A stretch of DNA of 64,000 nt from a virus (lineage: Duplodnaviria; Caudoviricetes): the IMG/VR virus record IMGVR_UViG_3300032214_000867, positions 820 through 64,819 of that record, one strand, 5' to 3'. Positions 1 to 9,992 of the stretch are shown piece by piece. Position 1 is the stretch's first letter. Every line of letters begins with the position of its first letter. The notes under the pieces were generated by a model that was not told where the DNA came from, ran no database searches, and saw only the letters and a program-made list of their open reading frames with translations. A program made the position numbers and the translations under genes.

Positions 1-2
1 GT

Positions 3-269
3 AGATATTATCTCGTTCACTTTAAGGAACTGTTTGCTCTTGATGGCAAACACGCAAACCTGACTGTGAATGATGTGCAGCGCCGTAATCGTATTGCCCA
101 ACTTCTTGCCGATTGGGGATTGATTACAATTGTTGATCTTGAAAAAATTCAAGATATTGCACCTTTAAATCAAATTAAAGTTCTTTCTTATAAAGATAAG
201 GGAGAGTGGATTTTGGAAACCAAATATAATATTGGATCCAAAAAGAAAAGAGTAGAAGAAACCGAATGA
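3..269 (+). CDS. regA: Translational repressor RegA (5' truncated by window edge)
   Basis: Frame from nt 3 reads RYYLVHFKELFALDGK...RRNRIAQLLADWGL, the T4-type RegA signature; usual position upstream of hsp20/gp43. Confidence 0.93.
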   Translation, partial: RYYLVHFKELFALDGKHANLTVNDVQRRNRIAQLLADWGLITIVDLEKIQDIAPLNQIKVLSYKDKGEWILETKYNIGSKKKRVEETE

Positions 270-275
270 TCTTGT

Positions 276-300
276 AGGGAGTTCAACACTCCCTTTTTTT
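276..300 (+). terminator. Intrinsic terminator after regA
   Basis: AGGGAGT-TCAAC-ACTCCCT hairpin followed by a T run. Confidence 0.8.
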
Positions 301-376
301 ATGTTTGTTGTATAATTAATATTGGATGCCGAAAGGGTCCACACAACACAAACTCGCTTTTAAAGGAGCTACTATA

Positions 377-811
377 ATGACTAACCTCACAAGGTATACT
401 GCTGCGGATCTTCCTGCTTTGATGGAAAGGATCAACAAATACAGTATTGGAATGGATGAATACTTTGATCGTATTTTTCATCTACATGAAACTACTACAA
501 ACTATCCCCCATACAATCTAGTTCAAATTAGTAATGTGGAATCGCGTCTTGAACTTGCACTTGCTGGATTTAAAAAGAAAGAAGTTTATGTCTACACACA
601 AGATGGCAAACTTTTTGTGGAAGGTCAGAAGGAAGATAAAGAAACGGAGACCAACTATCTCCACAAGGGTTTGGCTCAACGAAGTTTTAAGAGAGCGTGG
701 ACACTCTCTGATGATACGGAAGTACGATCAGTTGATTTTGAGGATGGGCTTTTGACTGTAACACTTGGTAGAATTGTTCCAGATCATCATAAGCGCAAAG
801 ATTACCTCTAA
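377..811 (+). CDS. hsp20: Small heat-shock protein Hsp20
   Basis: NYPPYNL...LALAGF...HKGLAQRSF...FEDGLL alpha-crystallin motifs; AAGGAG SD favours ATG 377 over the track's 326. Confidence 0.95.
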   Translation: MTNLTRYTAADLPALMERINKYSIGMDEYFDRIFHLHETTTNYPPYNLVQISNVESRLELALAGFKKKEVYVYTQDGKLFVEGQKEDKETETNYLHKGLAQRSFKRAWTLSDDTEVRSVDFEDGLLTVTLGRIVPDHHKRKDYL

Positions 812-842
812 ATATAATTGAATATCGTCGGCGCTATGCCAC

Positions 843-894
843 GGGAGGTAACTGGCAAAATCCAGTTGACACCTCCCATTTTTATTGCTAGAAT
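843..894 (+). promoter_or_regulatory. Terminator hairpin containing a sigma70-type promoter
   Basis: GGGAGGT/ACCTCCC stem with TTGACA (866-871), 17 nt, then TGc-TAGAAT (889-894). Confidence 0.75.
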
Positions 895-917
895 AGAAAC
901 ACAGAAATTTTAAGAAA

Positions 918-1262
918 ATGACAGTAAAATTAGTTCTATTAAAATCTGGTGAAACCGTAATTGCGGACGTAAAGGAAGTTCATCAAGAAGAAAAACTTTA
1001 TGGATATTTGTTTACCAATCCACAAAGAGTTTTTTATGATTCACCAGTTTTAGTTCCTGAAGAAGAGAAAAATTCAAGCGTCGTAAATGTATCTTTGACC
1101 AAATGGATGCTTCTTTCAAAAAGCAATCAAATGGTAATTCCTTTTGATTGGGTTGTTACTATCGTGGATCCTATTGATTCTCTTGCAAAAATGTATGATC
1201 CAGATGGCACCAATACTGAAGAAGTAATTCAAGAGGAGACTGAAAGTGGAAGCAGCAATTAA
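918..1262 (+). CDS. Conserved cyanophage hypothetical protein (possible Sm-like fold)
   Basis: MTVKLVLLKSGETVIADV type ORF normally found between hsp20 and gp43. Confidence 0.75.
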   Translation: MTVKLVLLKSGETVIADVKEVHQEEKLYGYLFTNPQRVFYDSPVLVPEEEKNSSVVNVSLTKWMLLSKSNQMVIPFDWVVTIVDPIDSLAKMYDPDGTNTEEVIQEETESGSSN

Positions 1263-1515
1263 AACTATTGTTTTTAAAGATGGAACAATAGTTATCTCAC
1301 AAATTGAAGAAGTTGACTCCGAATTAGGAGATCCGAATTGTAAATTAATTAAACCTTGCGAAATAAAAAAACAAATCACTAATGAGGTTTATTTGCAAAA
1401 CTGGTTATGTGATTATACAAAGCAAGATGAATTTCTAGTTAATTCTGATAGCATTTTAACAATTATCAATCCAAACACTGATATTATTAAAAAATATATT
1501 GATATTATTTCCTGA
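1246..1515 (+). CDS. Conserved cyanophage hypothetical protein
   Basis: 89-aa ORF coupled to gp43 (TGATG overlap); ELGDPNCKLIKP motif. Confidence 0.7.
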   Translation: MEAAIKTIVFKDGTIVISQIEEVDSELGDPNCKLIKPCEIKKQITNEVYLQNWLCDYTKQDEFLVNSDSILTIINPNTDIIKKYIDIIS

Positions 1516-4016
1516 TGCGATTTTATACTAACGTTCAGATGGTCGGGGACAACTTTCTTGTCCGTGGTTATGAAGATGGTAAACACTTTATGACCCGTGA
1601 GAAGTTTAACCCGACTCTTTTTGTCCCTTCTAATAAAAAAACCAAATATCAAACTTTAAGTGGAGAATATGTAGAATCAGTCCAACCTGGATCAGTTCGT
1701 GATTGTAGGGAGTTTGTTAAAAAGTATGAGAACGTAGAAAACTTTAAAATCTTTGGGAATACTCAGTATATCTATCAGTACATCTCTGATATTTACCCCG
1801 AAGAGGAACTTAAATTTGATATCAATAAGATTAAAGTAACTACGATTGATATTGAGGTTGCATCTGAAAATGGTTTCCCTGATGTAGAGTCTGCAGCAGA
1901 AGAAGTTCTCTTGATCACTGTTCAAGATTATTCTTCAAAACAAATTCATACTTGGGGAAAGGGTCCTTTTCGAAATAATCAGAAAAATGTTTCGTACCGT
2001 TCTTTCTCGTCCGAATATGATCTTCTGAATGATTTCATTCACTGGTGGATGGTCGAAACTAATACACCAGAAGTAGTAACTGGATGGAACAGTAAACTGT
2101 ACGATATTCCATACCTCGTGCGACGTATTGATAGAGTTCTTGGTGAAAAACTGATGAAGCGTTTATCTCCTTGGGGTCTTGTAACTGAAGATGAAACTTA
2201 TATTGCTGGTCGTAAGCATCTTTGCTATGATATTGGTGGAATCTCACAGTTAGATTATCTTGATCTTTATAAGAAGTTTACTTATAAGGCACAGGAATCT
2301 TATCGCCTAGATTATATTGCCGAAGTTGAACTTAAGCAGAAAAAACTAGATCACTCCGAGTTTGATACGTTTAAGGACTTCTACACCAAAGGTTGGCAGA
2401 AGTTTGTAGAATACAACATCAAGGACGTGGAACTTGTTGACCGTTTGGAAGACAAGATGAAACTGATTGAACTTGCTCTTACGATGGCATACGATGCCAA
2501 GGCAAACTATGAGGATGTATTTTCTCAAGTTCGTATGTGGGATACAATCATTTACAACTATCTAAAGAAAAGAAATATTGTTATTCCTCCTAAAGAGCGT
2601 TCTGATAAAGACACCAAGTATGAAGGTGCCTATGTAAAAGAACCAATTCCTGGGATGTATGATTGGGTGGTGAGTTTTGACCTTAACTCACTATATCCAC
2701 ACTTGATTATGCAATATAACATTAGTCCTGAAACTTTGGTTGAAGAAAAACATCCATCAGTTAATGTTGATAAAATTCTCAATCAAACTATCAACTTTGA
2801 GATGTATAAGGACTATGCAGTATGCGCCAACGGTGCGATGTATCGTAAAGATGTTCGTGGATTTCTTCCAGAACTGATGGAGAAGATCTATAATGAACGT
2901 GTGATCTTCAAGAAAAAAATGCTTGCGGCAGAGCAAGAATATGAAAAAACAAAGAACAAAGAATTAGTTAAAGAGATTGCCCGATGCAATAACATCCAAA
3001 TGGCACGTAAGATTCAACTTAACTCTGCTTATGGTGCTATTGGTAATCAGTATTTCCGTTATTTTAAACTCGCAAATGCAGAGGCAATTACCCTTTCTGG
3101 TCAAGTTTCAATTAACTGGATCATGAATAAGGTAAATGCTTATCTAAACAAAATTCTTAAGAGTACAGATGTTGATTACGTTATTGCTTCAGATACTGAT
3201 TCTCTTTACGTTAATATGGGTCCTTTGGTTGAGAGTGTATACAAAGGAAGAGAGAAAACTACTCAAAGCGTTGTTTCGTTCCTTGATAAGGTCTGTCAGG
3301 TGGAATTTGAAAAATATATTGAAAGTTCTTATAAAGAATTGGCGGAATACGTAAATGCTTATGAGCAGAAAATGATCATGAAGCGGGAATGTATCGCTGA
3401 ACGTGGTATTTGGACTGCAAAGAAACGATATATTTTGAGTGTTTGGGATAGTGAAGGTGTTCGTTATGAAGAATCTAAACTCAAGATCAAAGGTATTGAA
3501 GCAATTAAATCTTCTACACCTGCCCCCTGTCGTAAGATGCTAAAAGAATCTTTTAATATCTTAATGAGTGGTACTGAAGATGACATGATTAATTTTATTG
3601 ATCGGTGTCGTGAGGAGTTTAAGTCTCTTCCTCCAGAACAAATTGCATTTCCAAGAACTGCTTCCGATATTCGCAAATATTATTCATCTTCTAATATTTA
3701 CGCTCCTAAAACACCAATTCAAGTTCGTGGTGCATTATTGTTTAATCACTATGTAAAGCAAAAAAATCTCACAAACAAATACTCTCTTATCAATAACGGT
3801 GAAAAAGTCAAGTTCTTATTTTTAAAAAAACCAAATATTATTCAGGAAAATGTAATTTCTTTCATTCAGCAGTTTCCTACTGAACTTGGTCTTGACAAAT
3901 ATATTGATTATGAATTACAATTTGAGAAAGCATTCTTGGATCCACTCAAAACAATTTTGAATATTATTGGGTGGAAAGAAGAAAAAACCGTAAACCTTGA
4001 ATCATTTTTTTCCTAA
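1515..4016 (+). CDS. gp43: Family B DNA polymerase gp43
   Basis: DIEV exonuclease motif, SFDLNSLYP, KIQLNSAYG, SDTDS, C-terminal clamp-binding NLESFF; no intein or intron. Confidence 0.99.
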   Translation: MRFYTNVQMVGDNFLVRGYEDGKHFMTREKFNPTLFVPSNKKTKYQTLSGEYVESVQPGSVRDCREFVKKYENVENFKIFGNTQYIYQYISDIYPEEELKFDINKIKVTTIDIEVASENGFPDVESAAEEVLLITVQDYSSKQIHTWGKGPFRNNQKNVSYRSFSSEYDLLNDFIHWWMVETNTPEVVTGWNSKLYDIPYLVRRIDRVLGEKLMKRLSPWGLVTEDETYIAGRKHLCYDIGGISQLDYLDLYKKFTYKAQESYRLDYIAEVELKQKKLDHSEFDTFKDFYTKGWQKFVEYNIKDVELVDRLEDKMKLIELALTMAYDAKANYEDVFSQVRMWDTIIYNYLKKRNIVIPPKERSDKDTKYEGAYVKEPIPGMYDWVVSFDLNSLYPHLIMQYNISPETLVEEKHPSVNVDKILNQTINFEMYKDYAVCANGAMYRKDVRGFLPELMEKIYNERVIFKKKMLAAEQEYEKTKNKELVKEIARCNNIQMARKIQLNSAYGAIGNQYFRYFKLANAEAITLSGQVSINWIMNKVNAYLNKILKSTDVDYVIASDTDSLYVNMGPLVESVYKGREKTTQSVVSFLDKVCQVEFEKYIESSYKELAEYVNAYEQKMIMKRECIAERGIWTAKKRYILSVWDSEGVRYEESKLKIKGIEAIKSSTPAPCRKMLKESFNILMSGTEDDMINFIDRCREEFKSLPPEQIAFPRTASDIRKYYSSSNIYAPKTPIQVRGALLFNHYVKQKNLTNKYSLINNGEKVKFLFLKKPNIIQENVISFIQQFPTELGLDKYIDYELQFEKAFLDPLKTILNIIGWKEEKTVNLESFFS

Positions 4017-4180
4017 TGGATCTGCCTATTAATGACGAAGAATTAAATACAATCGTGAGTGCTTTAACTCTGGGTGGAAACACTGCACTTTATCAAAAAT
4101 TAAAATTGGTAAAGGAACTTAAAGAACAAGGTTTGCCTTACAAAAAAATACTTCGTGAAGAGTATGGTATGGTAGCATGA
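4016..4180 (+). CDS. Small hypothetical protein (54 aa)
   Basis: Hand-translated MDLPINDEELNTIVSAL...; TAATG coupling to gp43 stop. Confidence 0.6.
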   Translation: MDLPINDEELNTIVSALTLGGNTALYQKLKLVKELKEQGLPYKKILREEYGMVA

Positions 4181-4317
4181 TAACATTACCAATAACAGAT
4201 AAAGATCTAATTGTTATTATGGAATTGTTGGAAAGGAACAAAGACAAGCATAAAGACTTGTACGCAAAACTATGGTCGTTTAAATTTCAAAGGAATACTA
4301 AAAATGGATTTTCTTAA
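4177..4317 (+). CDS. Small hypothetical protein (46 aa)
   Basis: Hand-translated [18 protein letters not shown]...; ATGA overlap with previous ORF. Confidence 0.55.
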   Translation: MITLPITDKDLIVIMELLERNKDKHKDLYAKLWSFKFQRNTKNGFS

Positions 4318-5311
4318 AGATATTGTAAAAGAAATTGGTGGCGAGTATACGCAACTTGCTTCCGATATTGATGAGACTGAGAGTTATGTTGATACGGGTT
4401 CATACATTTTTAATGCACTGGTTTCAGGTAGCATATTTGGTGGTGTATCTGGGAATAAGATTACTGCTATTGCTGGAGAGTCTTCTACTGGAAAAACTTT
4501 CTTCAGCCTCGCCGTTGTTAAGAATTTTCTTGATACCAATCCCGATGGTTATTGTCTCTACTTTGATACTGAAGCTGCTATTACTAAATCTCTTTTAGAA
4601 TCCCGTGGAATTGATACTTCTCGTCTTGTGGTTGTCAATGTTGTTACTGTTGAAGAGTTTCGCGGAACGGCGCTTAAGGCAGTAGATATGTATATGAAAA
4701 AACCAGAAGCAGAACGCAAACCTTGCATTTTTGTGCTAGACTCTTTGGGTATGCTTTCAACCAGTAAAGAGATTAATGATGCTCTGAATGACAAAGAAGT
4801 TCGGGACATGACCAAATCCCAACTGATTAAAGGTGCATTCCGTATGCTTACTCTTAAGTTAGGGCAGGCAAAAATTCCTATGATTGTAACTAATCACACA
4901 TATGATGTGATCGGTGCTTATGTTCCCACAAAAGAAATGGGTGGCGGAAGTGGTCTCAAATATGCTGCTTCTAGTATCATCTATCTTTCCAAGAAAAAAG
5001 AAAAAGACGGAACAGAAATTATTGGAAATATCATTAAAGCAAAAACTGCTAAATCACGTTTAAGTAAAGAAAATAAAGATGTTGAAGTACGCCTTTATTA
5101 TGATCATCGTGGTCTTGACCGATATTATGGTCTTCTTGAACTCGGTGAGATTGGTGGACTTTGGAAGAACGTAGCAGGGCGTTATGAAATGGATGGTAAG
5201 AAGATTTATGGTAAGCAAATTCTTGCAAATCCAGAGGAATACTTTACCGAAGAAGTGATGCAAAAACTTGACGAAATTGCCAAAAAAGAATTCTCTTATG
5301 GAACGAATTGA
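4304..5311 (+). CDS. uvsX: RecA-like recombinase UvsX
   Basis: Walker [31 protein letters not shown]; start at MDFLKD. Confidence 0.97.
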   Translation: MDFLKDIVKEIGGEYTQLASDIDETESYVDTGSYIFNALVSGSIFGGVSGNKITAIAGESSTGKTFFSLAVVKNFLDTNPDGYCLYFDTEAAITKSLLESRGIDTSRLVVVNVVTVEEFRGTALKAVDMYMKKPEAERKPCIFVLDSLGMLSTSKEINDALNDKEVRDMTKSQLIKGAFRMLTLKLGQAKIPMIVTNHTYDVIGAYVPTKEMGGGSGLKYAASSIIYLSKKKEKDGTEIIGNIIKAKTAKSRLSKENKDVEVRLYYDHRGLDRYYGLLELGEIGGLWKNVAGRYEMDGKKIYGKQILANPEEYFTEEVMQKLDEIAKKEFSYGTN

Positions 5312-6677
5312 AACTACTATTCTGCGAAACCTTGTATTTAATGAAAACTATTCTAGGAAAGTAATTCCTTTCATTCAACCAAATTATTTTGAACAAAGAA
5401 CAGAAAAAGTAGTTTTTCAAGAAGTTGTAAATTTTATTGTAAAATACGGATCTTCTATTACAATTGAAGCACTCAATATTGAGATTGAGAACCGTACAGA
5501 TCTATCAGATAGTGAAGTAAAAGAAATCAGAGAAATTTCTAAATCGCTCCATAATTCTATTGTAGACGAACGGTGGTTGTTAGACACTACCGAAAAATGG
5601 TGTCGTGATCGTGCGATTTATCTTGCTCTTATGGAATCAATCCATATTGCAGATGGTAATGATGAAAAGAAAAATAGAGATGCTATTCCTAGCATTCTCT
5701 CAAATGCTTTAGCAGTATCTTTTGACAATCATATTGGGCATGATTACTTACAAGATTATGAAGAACGATATGAGTCTTACCACAAGAAAGAAAATCGTAT
5801 TCCCTTTGATTTGGAATATTTTAACAAAATTACAAAAGGTGGTCTTCCTAATAAGACTCTTAATATCGCTCTTGCTGGGACAGGTGTTGGTAAGTCTCTT
5901 TTTATGTGTCATATGGCTAGCTCCTGTGTGCTTGACGGACTTAATGTACTTTACATTACAATGGAGATGGCAGAGGAGAAAATTGCTGAACGTATTGATG
6001 CAAACCTTCTGAATGTTCCAATCCAACAATTGATTGAACTTCCTCGCCAAATGTTTGAAACTAAAGTTACAAATCTGGCAAAGAAGACGCAAGGTACTCT
6101 TATAATTAAAGAATATCCTACTGCATCAGCACACAGTGGTCACTTCAAATCACTTCTTAATGAACTTGCACTTAAGAAGTCATTTAGACCTGATATTATT
6201 TTCATTGATTACCTTAATATTTGTGCTTCCAGCAGGTATAAGTCAAACCTTTCTGTCAATTCATATTCGTATATTAAAGCAATTGCTGAAGAATTACGGG
6301 GACTTGCAGTTGAGTTCAACGTACCAATCGTATCTGCTACTCAAACCACTCGTTCAGGTTATGGTAATAGCGATGTTGAACTTACTGATACTAGTGAGTC
6401 CTTTGGTCTCCCTGCTACTGCTGATCTTATGTTTGCCCTTATTAGTACTGAAGAGTTGGAAGGACTTGGGCAGATTATGGTAAAACAATTGAAAAATCGT
6501 TATAATGATCCAACGATTTATAAGCGTTTCATTGTGGGTATTGACCGTGCTAAAATGAGATTGTATGATTGTGAGCAGACTGCTCAAAAAGATATACTTG
6601 ACTCTGGACAAGATGAAGAGTATAATTATGAAGAAGACAAAAAACCTAAAAAATCATTTGAAGGATTTAAATTTTAA
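5298..6677 (+). CDS. gp41: Replicative DNA helicase gp41
   Basis: AGTGVGKS Walker A, IFIDYL, SATQTTR, KQLKNRY. Confidence 0.97.
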   Translation: MERIETTILRNLVFNENYSRKVIPFIQPNYFEQRTEKVVFQEVVNFIVKYGSSITIEALNIEIENRTDLSDSEVKEIREISKSLHNSIVDERWLLDTTEKWCRDRAIYLALMESIHIADGNDEKKNRDAIPSILSNALAVSFDNHIGHDYLQDYEERYESYHKKENRIPFDLEYFNKITKGGLPNKTLNIALAGTGVGKSLFMCHMASSCVLDGLNVLYITMEMAEEKIAERIDANLLNVPIQQLIELPRQMFETKVTNLAKKTQGTLIIKEYPTASAHSGHFKSLLNELALKKSFRPDIIFIDYLNICASSRYKSNLSVNSYSYIKAIAEELRGLAVEFNVPIVSATQTTRSGYGNSDVELTDTSESFGLPATADLMFALISTEELEGLGQIMVKQLKNRYNDPTIYKRFIVGIDRAKMRLYDCEQTAQKDILDSGQDEEYNYEEDKKPKKSFEGFKF

Positions 6678-7093
6678 TGGAAACTCCTAAACACGTTAAT
6701 TTTGATAAGTATGCAGAGTTTGTGGATGCCGTAACTTCTGATGCATCTAAAGACTTTCTTGCTCTTTCTGACCGCCTAGTTGCCCTTGATGAAAAAGGTG
6801 CGAATATTGAGCGTCTTCTAACTGCTGCTGTTGGTATTAATGCAGAAGGTGGTGAGTTTATGGAAATCGTCAAGAAAATGATCTTCCAAGGCAAACCTTA
6901 TAACGAAGATAATCGTGAACACCTGATTATTGAACTTGGTGATATTATGTGGTATGTTGCTCAAGCATGTATTGCACTTGAAGTTTCACTTGATGATGTT
7001 GTTGCTCGTAATGTTCAAAAACTTCTTAAGCGTTATCCTGAAGGTGCTTTTGATGTTTATTTTTCCGAAAACCGTGCTTCTGACGACCGATGA
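6677..7093 (+). CDS. mazG: MazG nucleotide pyrophosphohydrolase
   Basis: AEGGEFMEIVKK and IELGDIMWY motifs. Confidence 0.93.
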   Translation: METPKHVNFDKYAEFVDAVTSDASKDFLALSDRLVALDEKGANIERLLTAAVGINAEGGEFMEIVKKMIFQGKPYNEDNREHLIIELGDIMWYVAQACIALEVSLDDVVARNVQKLLKRYPEGAFDVYFSENRASDDR

Positions 7094-7272
7094 CTAAAGA
7101 AAAACAAGTAACAGTAAAGATGGATGTGCGTTCTGCTGCTGCAGTTCGCCAAATTCTTTTTGAATCTCAAAAAGGTTATACTTATGATGAGGTGAGTGTT
7201 CCTCCTCGTATTTCTGATATTCGTACCGTAATTTTTAATTTAGATTCTGAAATTGAAAAACAAGTACAATGA
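7090..7272 (+). CDS. Hypothetical protein
   Basis: 60-aa ORF with ATGA coupling to mazG. Confidence 0.6.
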   Translation: MTKEKQVTVKMDVRSAAAVRQILFESQKGYTYDEVSVPPRISDIRTVIFNLDSEIEKQVQ

Positions 7273-7781
7273 AAATTTACAGTGAAGTTTTGTCAGAAGA
7301 TCTTTTAGATCTCTGTAAAAAAGATGTTCTAGAAAAACAAAAACAACTAGTCTGGGGATCTAGTTGTTTTAAGTGGGATCACAATTTGCAAAAAAATATT
7401 GATGGTGTCTGTTTACATTGCTTTATTACCGACAAAAAAATAAAAAACTTGTTAGAAGCAGAATTATCTATTGCATTTAAAAATTATGACTACAATGAAT
7501 TAGATTACCAGTATTACATCTGGGATTCTTATTCTGGAATATCTCCTCATGATGATTCCATTTATAAATTTGGTGCTACACTATATTTAAATTCCAACTG
7601 TATTTACTCTGGTGGTTTGTTTGTCTGGCAGGATAATGAATGTCCAGAAAATTTTTATCGTTGTCTAAATCCTCAAGAAAATATGATGGTTGTAAATGAC
7701 AACAGAGAGATGCACTTTGTAACAACTATTTCTCCTCATGCTATAGAATATAGATATACTATTCAAATTTGGGGAAGATAA
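7269..7781 (+). CDS. 2OG-Fe(II) oxygenase
   Basis: HDD (HxD), ATLYLN, GGLF, distal H and R. Confidence 0.85.
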   Translation: MKIYSEVLSEDLLDLCKKDVLEKQKQLVWGSSCFKWDHNLQKNIDGVCLHCFITDKKIKNLLEAELSIAFKNYDYNELDYQYYIWDSYSGISPHDDSIYKFGATLYLNSNCIYSGGLFVWQDNECPENFYRCLNPQENMMVVNDNREMHFVTTISPHAIEYRYTIQIWGR

Positions 7782-7806
7782 ATATTTAACCCTTCGGGGT
7801 TTTATT

Positions 7807-7877
7807 GGGGAATTAGTTAAACGGTATAACGGGTGCTTTGCAAGCACTTATTAGGAGTTCGATTCTCCTATTCTCCA
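7807..7877 (+). tRNA. trnA: tRNA-Ala(UGC)
   Basis: Cloverleaf, GGGGAAT/ATTCTCC acceptor with G3:U70, loop TTTGCAA. Confidence 0.92.
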
Positions 7878-7880
7878 TTT

Positions 7881-7953
7881 GCCCGTGTACTCCAACGGTA
7901 GAGAGAGTGGACTTAGAATCCATACAGTGGAAGTTCAAATCTTCTCACGGGCA
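7881..7953 (+). tRNA. trnL: tRNA-Leu(UAG), short variable loop
   Basis: GCCCGTG/CACGGGC acceptor, GTGGA-CTTAGAA-TCCAT anticodon arm, 5-nt variable loop, A73. Confidence 0.88.
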
Positions 7954-7973
7954 CTAAATACCAGTAAAAAGTT

Positions 7974-8204
7974 ATGAATTCAATAATTACGAGTATTATT
8001 AATTCATTTGAAACTAAATCTAAAACAACTACGACCAGATATAAAGATTTTATTACTCACGTTTACAAAACTTTTGATGATAAAATAAAATCTTCTAGGG
8101 TAGAAAAAATAAAGAATAAATATAAAAAGATGAGATTAAGTGTTTTAGAATACATAATTACACACGAAAAAGAAATAACATTTAAAATTTGTAAACGTAA
8201 GTAA
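7974..8204 (+). CDS. Hypothetical basic protein
   Basis: ORF after CTAAATA late-promoter-like site; coupled to next ORF. Confidence 0.55.
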   Translation: MNSIITSIINSFETKSKTTTTRYKDFITHVYKTFDDKIKSSRVEKIKNKYKKMRLSVLEYIITHEKEITFKICKRK

Positions 8205-8638
8205 TGAAAAGTTTTTCCCAATTTTTAGAAGAAGCATCTCTAGCATCTTTTCATGCAAAAAGATTAGGTCTTGTTGGAAATGGGCATGGAGATTGGCATA
8301 ATAATAAAACAGGAGAATTTGAAGCAAAAACTATAGGTGGTAGATTACAGTTTTATAATAAAAGGCAGCGACTTGGGATACAGGATCCCAGACAAACTTC
8401 TAGAGAAAAGAATTTATCAAAATCAACTGTTCAAAATGCCCCAGTAATTGGTGAGCAAGAATTGAGGGAAAAATATATTAGTGGAGAAATATTTAAAGAG
8501 GGAGATATTGTACAAAGTTTAATAACTGGTATGATTGGAAAAATAATTCGTAGGGGTACAAATCATTTAATTTGTGTAACTGAAGATAGTATTATGTTTA
8601 AATCTTGGATAAAAGATGTTGTCGAAACAATTGTTTGA
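8204..8638 (+). CDS. Putative head-internal protein; C-terminus resembles the accessory domain of cyanophage cytidylyltransferase-like proteins
   Basis: N-terminal MKSFSQFLEEA resembles the T4 capsid-targeting sequence; LREKYISGEIF...GKIIRRGTNHLICVTED. Confidence 0.6.
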   Translation: MKSFSQFLEEASLASFHAKRLGLVGNGHGDWHNNKTGEFEAKTIGGRLQFYNKRQRLGIQDPRQTSREKNLSKSTVQNAPVIGEQELREKYISGEIFKEGDIVQSLITGMIGKIIRRGTNHLICVTEDSIMFKSWIKDVVETIV

Positions 8639-8690
8639 TATTGAGTAATTCATAAATAAGTATAGAAAAAAGTAAATTAGAAAAAATTCC

Positions 8691-9962
8691 ATGGCTGAAC
8701 AAACAGGTGGTCCTCATCGTGGACATGCTGCTGGTAATACTGATCTTGAAAAGCAGGCATCCCAACTAGCTTCTGATGTTAAATATAAAGTTAAGCAAAG
8801 GATGGGTTCTCAAACTGATATGAATCCTGCACAAGTTTCTAAAGCATATTTGGCACAACTAGCAAGTTCCCCAGCACCATCAACTGTAAAAGCACTTGCC
8901 AGGAAAAAACTCACTGCAGGTGTATCTGAAGAATATGGAATTTCTGAACTTGCAAGAAAATCTACAGTAAATGCTCTCATTAAAGTTTTTGTTGAGGGTG
9001 TTCAAAGAGAGGAAGAAGATCTTACAGAAGCAGAAGAATCTGGGGAAAAGAAATACTGGATAGTTGTTACTGATAAAAAGACTGGAAATACATATCGTCG
9101 TCAAGCAACTCGTGCAAAGATTTCAGAACTTCGTTCAAATCCTAATATTAGAAGAGTTGAAATCACTGCTTATCATCCAAAAGAAACTGATGATAAGCAA
9201 GGTAAAAAGACTTCAAAGGTAAAATCTGGTAGGGGTCTAGATCCAGTTGGAAGAGAAGACAGTGATGTAAATAACAACGGCGTTGCAAATGATAAGTCTG
9301 ATAAGTATCTTCTCAAGCGTCGTGCCGCAATCGGTAATGCAATTTCAACTAGAAAAGAATCTTTAGATCCTGTTGGGCAGGAAGACGCTGATGTAAATAA
9401 TAATGGCATCCCAAATGATAAATCTGATAAGTATTTAAAGAAGCGTCGTAAGGTAATTGGAGATGCTATTTCTTCTAAAGGAACTCAAAAAGAAGAATTT
9501 ATTGGCGAAGCAAAAAAAGCAAAGAAAAAAACAGGTGATGATAGAATTACTGGTGAAGGAGTTAATAATTCAAAGTATATTAATGTAAAACCAACAATGG
9601 AGCAATCTGAACCTTCAGTTGCTACAAAAAAACCTGAAGATGAAGAAGCAAAGAAGAAACTTAAGTTGAGACAACAACAAGTTCAAATGGCATTAACACG
9701 CCAGCGCCAGACTATGCAATTGCAAAGATCTGGTAGACTTCCTTTAAATTATTCTGAAGATAATACTCAAGAAGGTGATGATATCCAAGAAGTTGCCCCT
9801 CCAGGATTTGAAGGAACTGTTAAAGCGATGAAGAAGTATCCTGAACTTTCCCAGGGAAAAACTTCAGAAGGTAAAGATAAGAACATTTATGCTCTTGCTT
9901 GGTTTATGAAAAATAAAGGTTACAAGAGTCATAAAACAAAAAGTGGTGCAGATAAAAAATAA
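8691..9962 (+). CDS. Putative virion internal protein with two DPVGxEDxDVNNNG repeats
   Basis: Late promoter ATAAATA at 8652; charged sequence with (I/L)xE sites; internal duplication of about 42 aa. Confidence 0.65.
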   Translation: MAEQTGGPHRGHAAGNTDLEKQASQLASDVKYKVKQRMGSQTDMNPAQVSKAYLAQLASSPAPSTVKALARKKLTAGVSEEYGISELARKSTVNALIKVFVEGVQREEEDLTEAEESGEKKYWIVVTDKKTGNTYRRQATRAKISELRSNPNIRRVEITAYHPKETDDKQGKKTSKVKSGRGLDPVGREDSDVNNNGVANDKSDKYLLKRRAAIGNAISTRKESLDPVGQEDADVNNNGIPNDKSDKYLKKRRKVIGDAISSKGTQKEEFIGEAKKAKKKTGDDRITGEGVNNSKYINVKPTMEQSEPSVATKKPEDEEAKKKLKLRQQQVQMALTRQRQTMQLQRSGRLPLNYSEDNTQEGDDIQEVAPPGFEGTVKAMKKYPELSQGKTSEGKDKNIYALAWFMKNKGYKSHKTKSGADKK

Positions 9963-9992
9963 AGCAAGATAAATAATTTTGATACTATTTGC

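Noticed and set aside
4211-4303. Upstream-extended starts in the ORF track (also 326, 5268, 24003, 28880, 32269, 42756, 47723)
   Set aside because: Extensions overlap upstream genes or tRNAs; downstream ATGs match family N-termini and coupling
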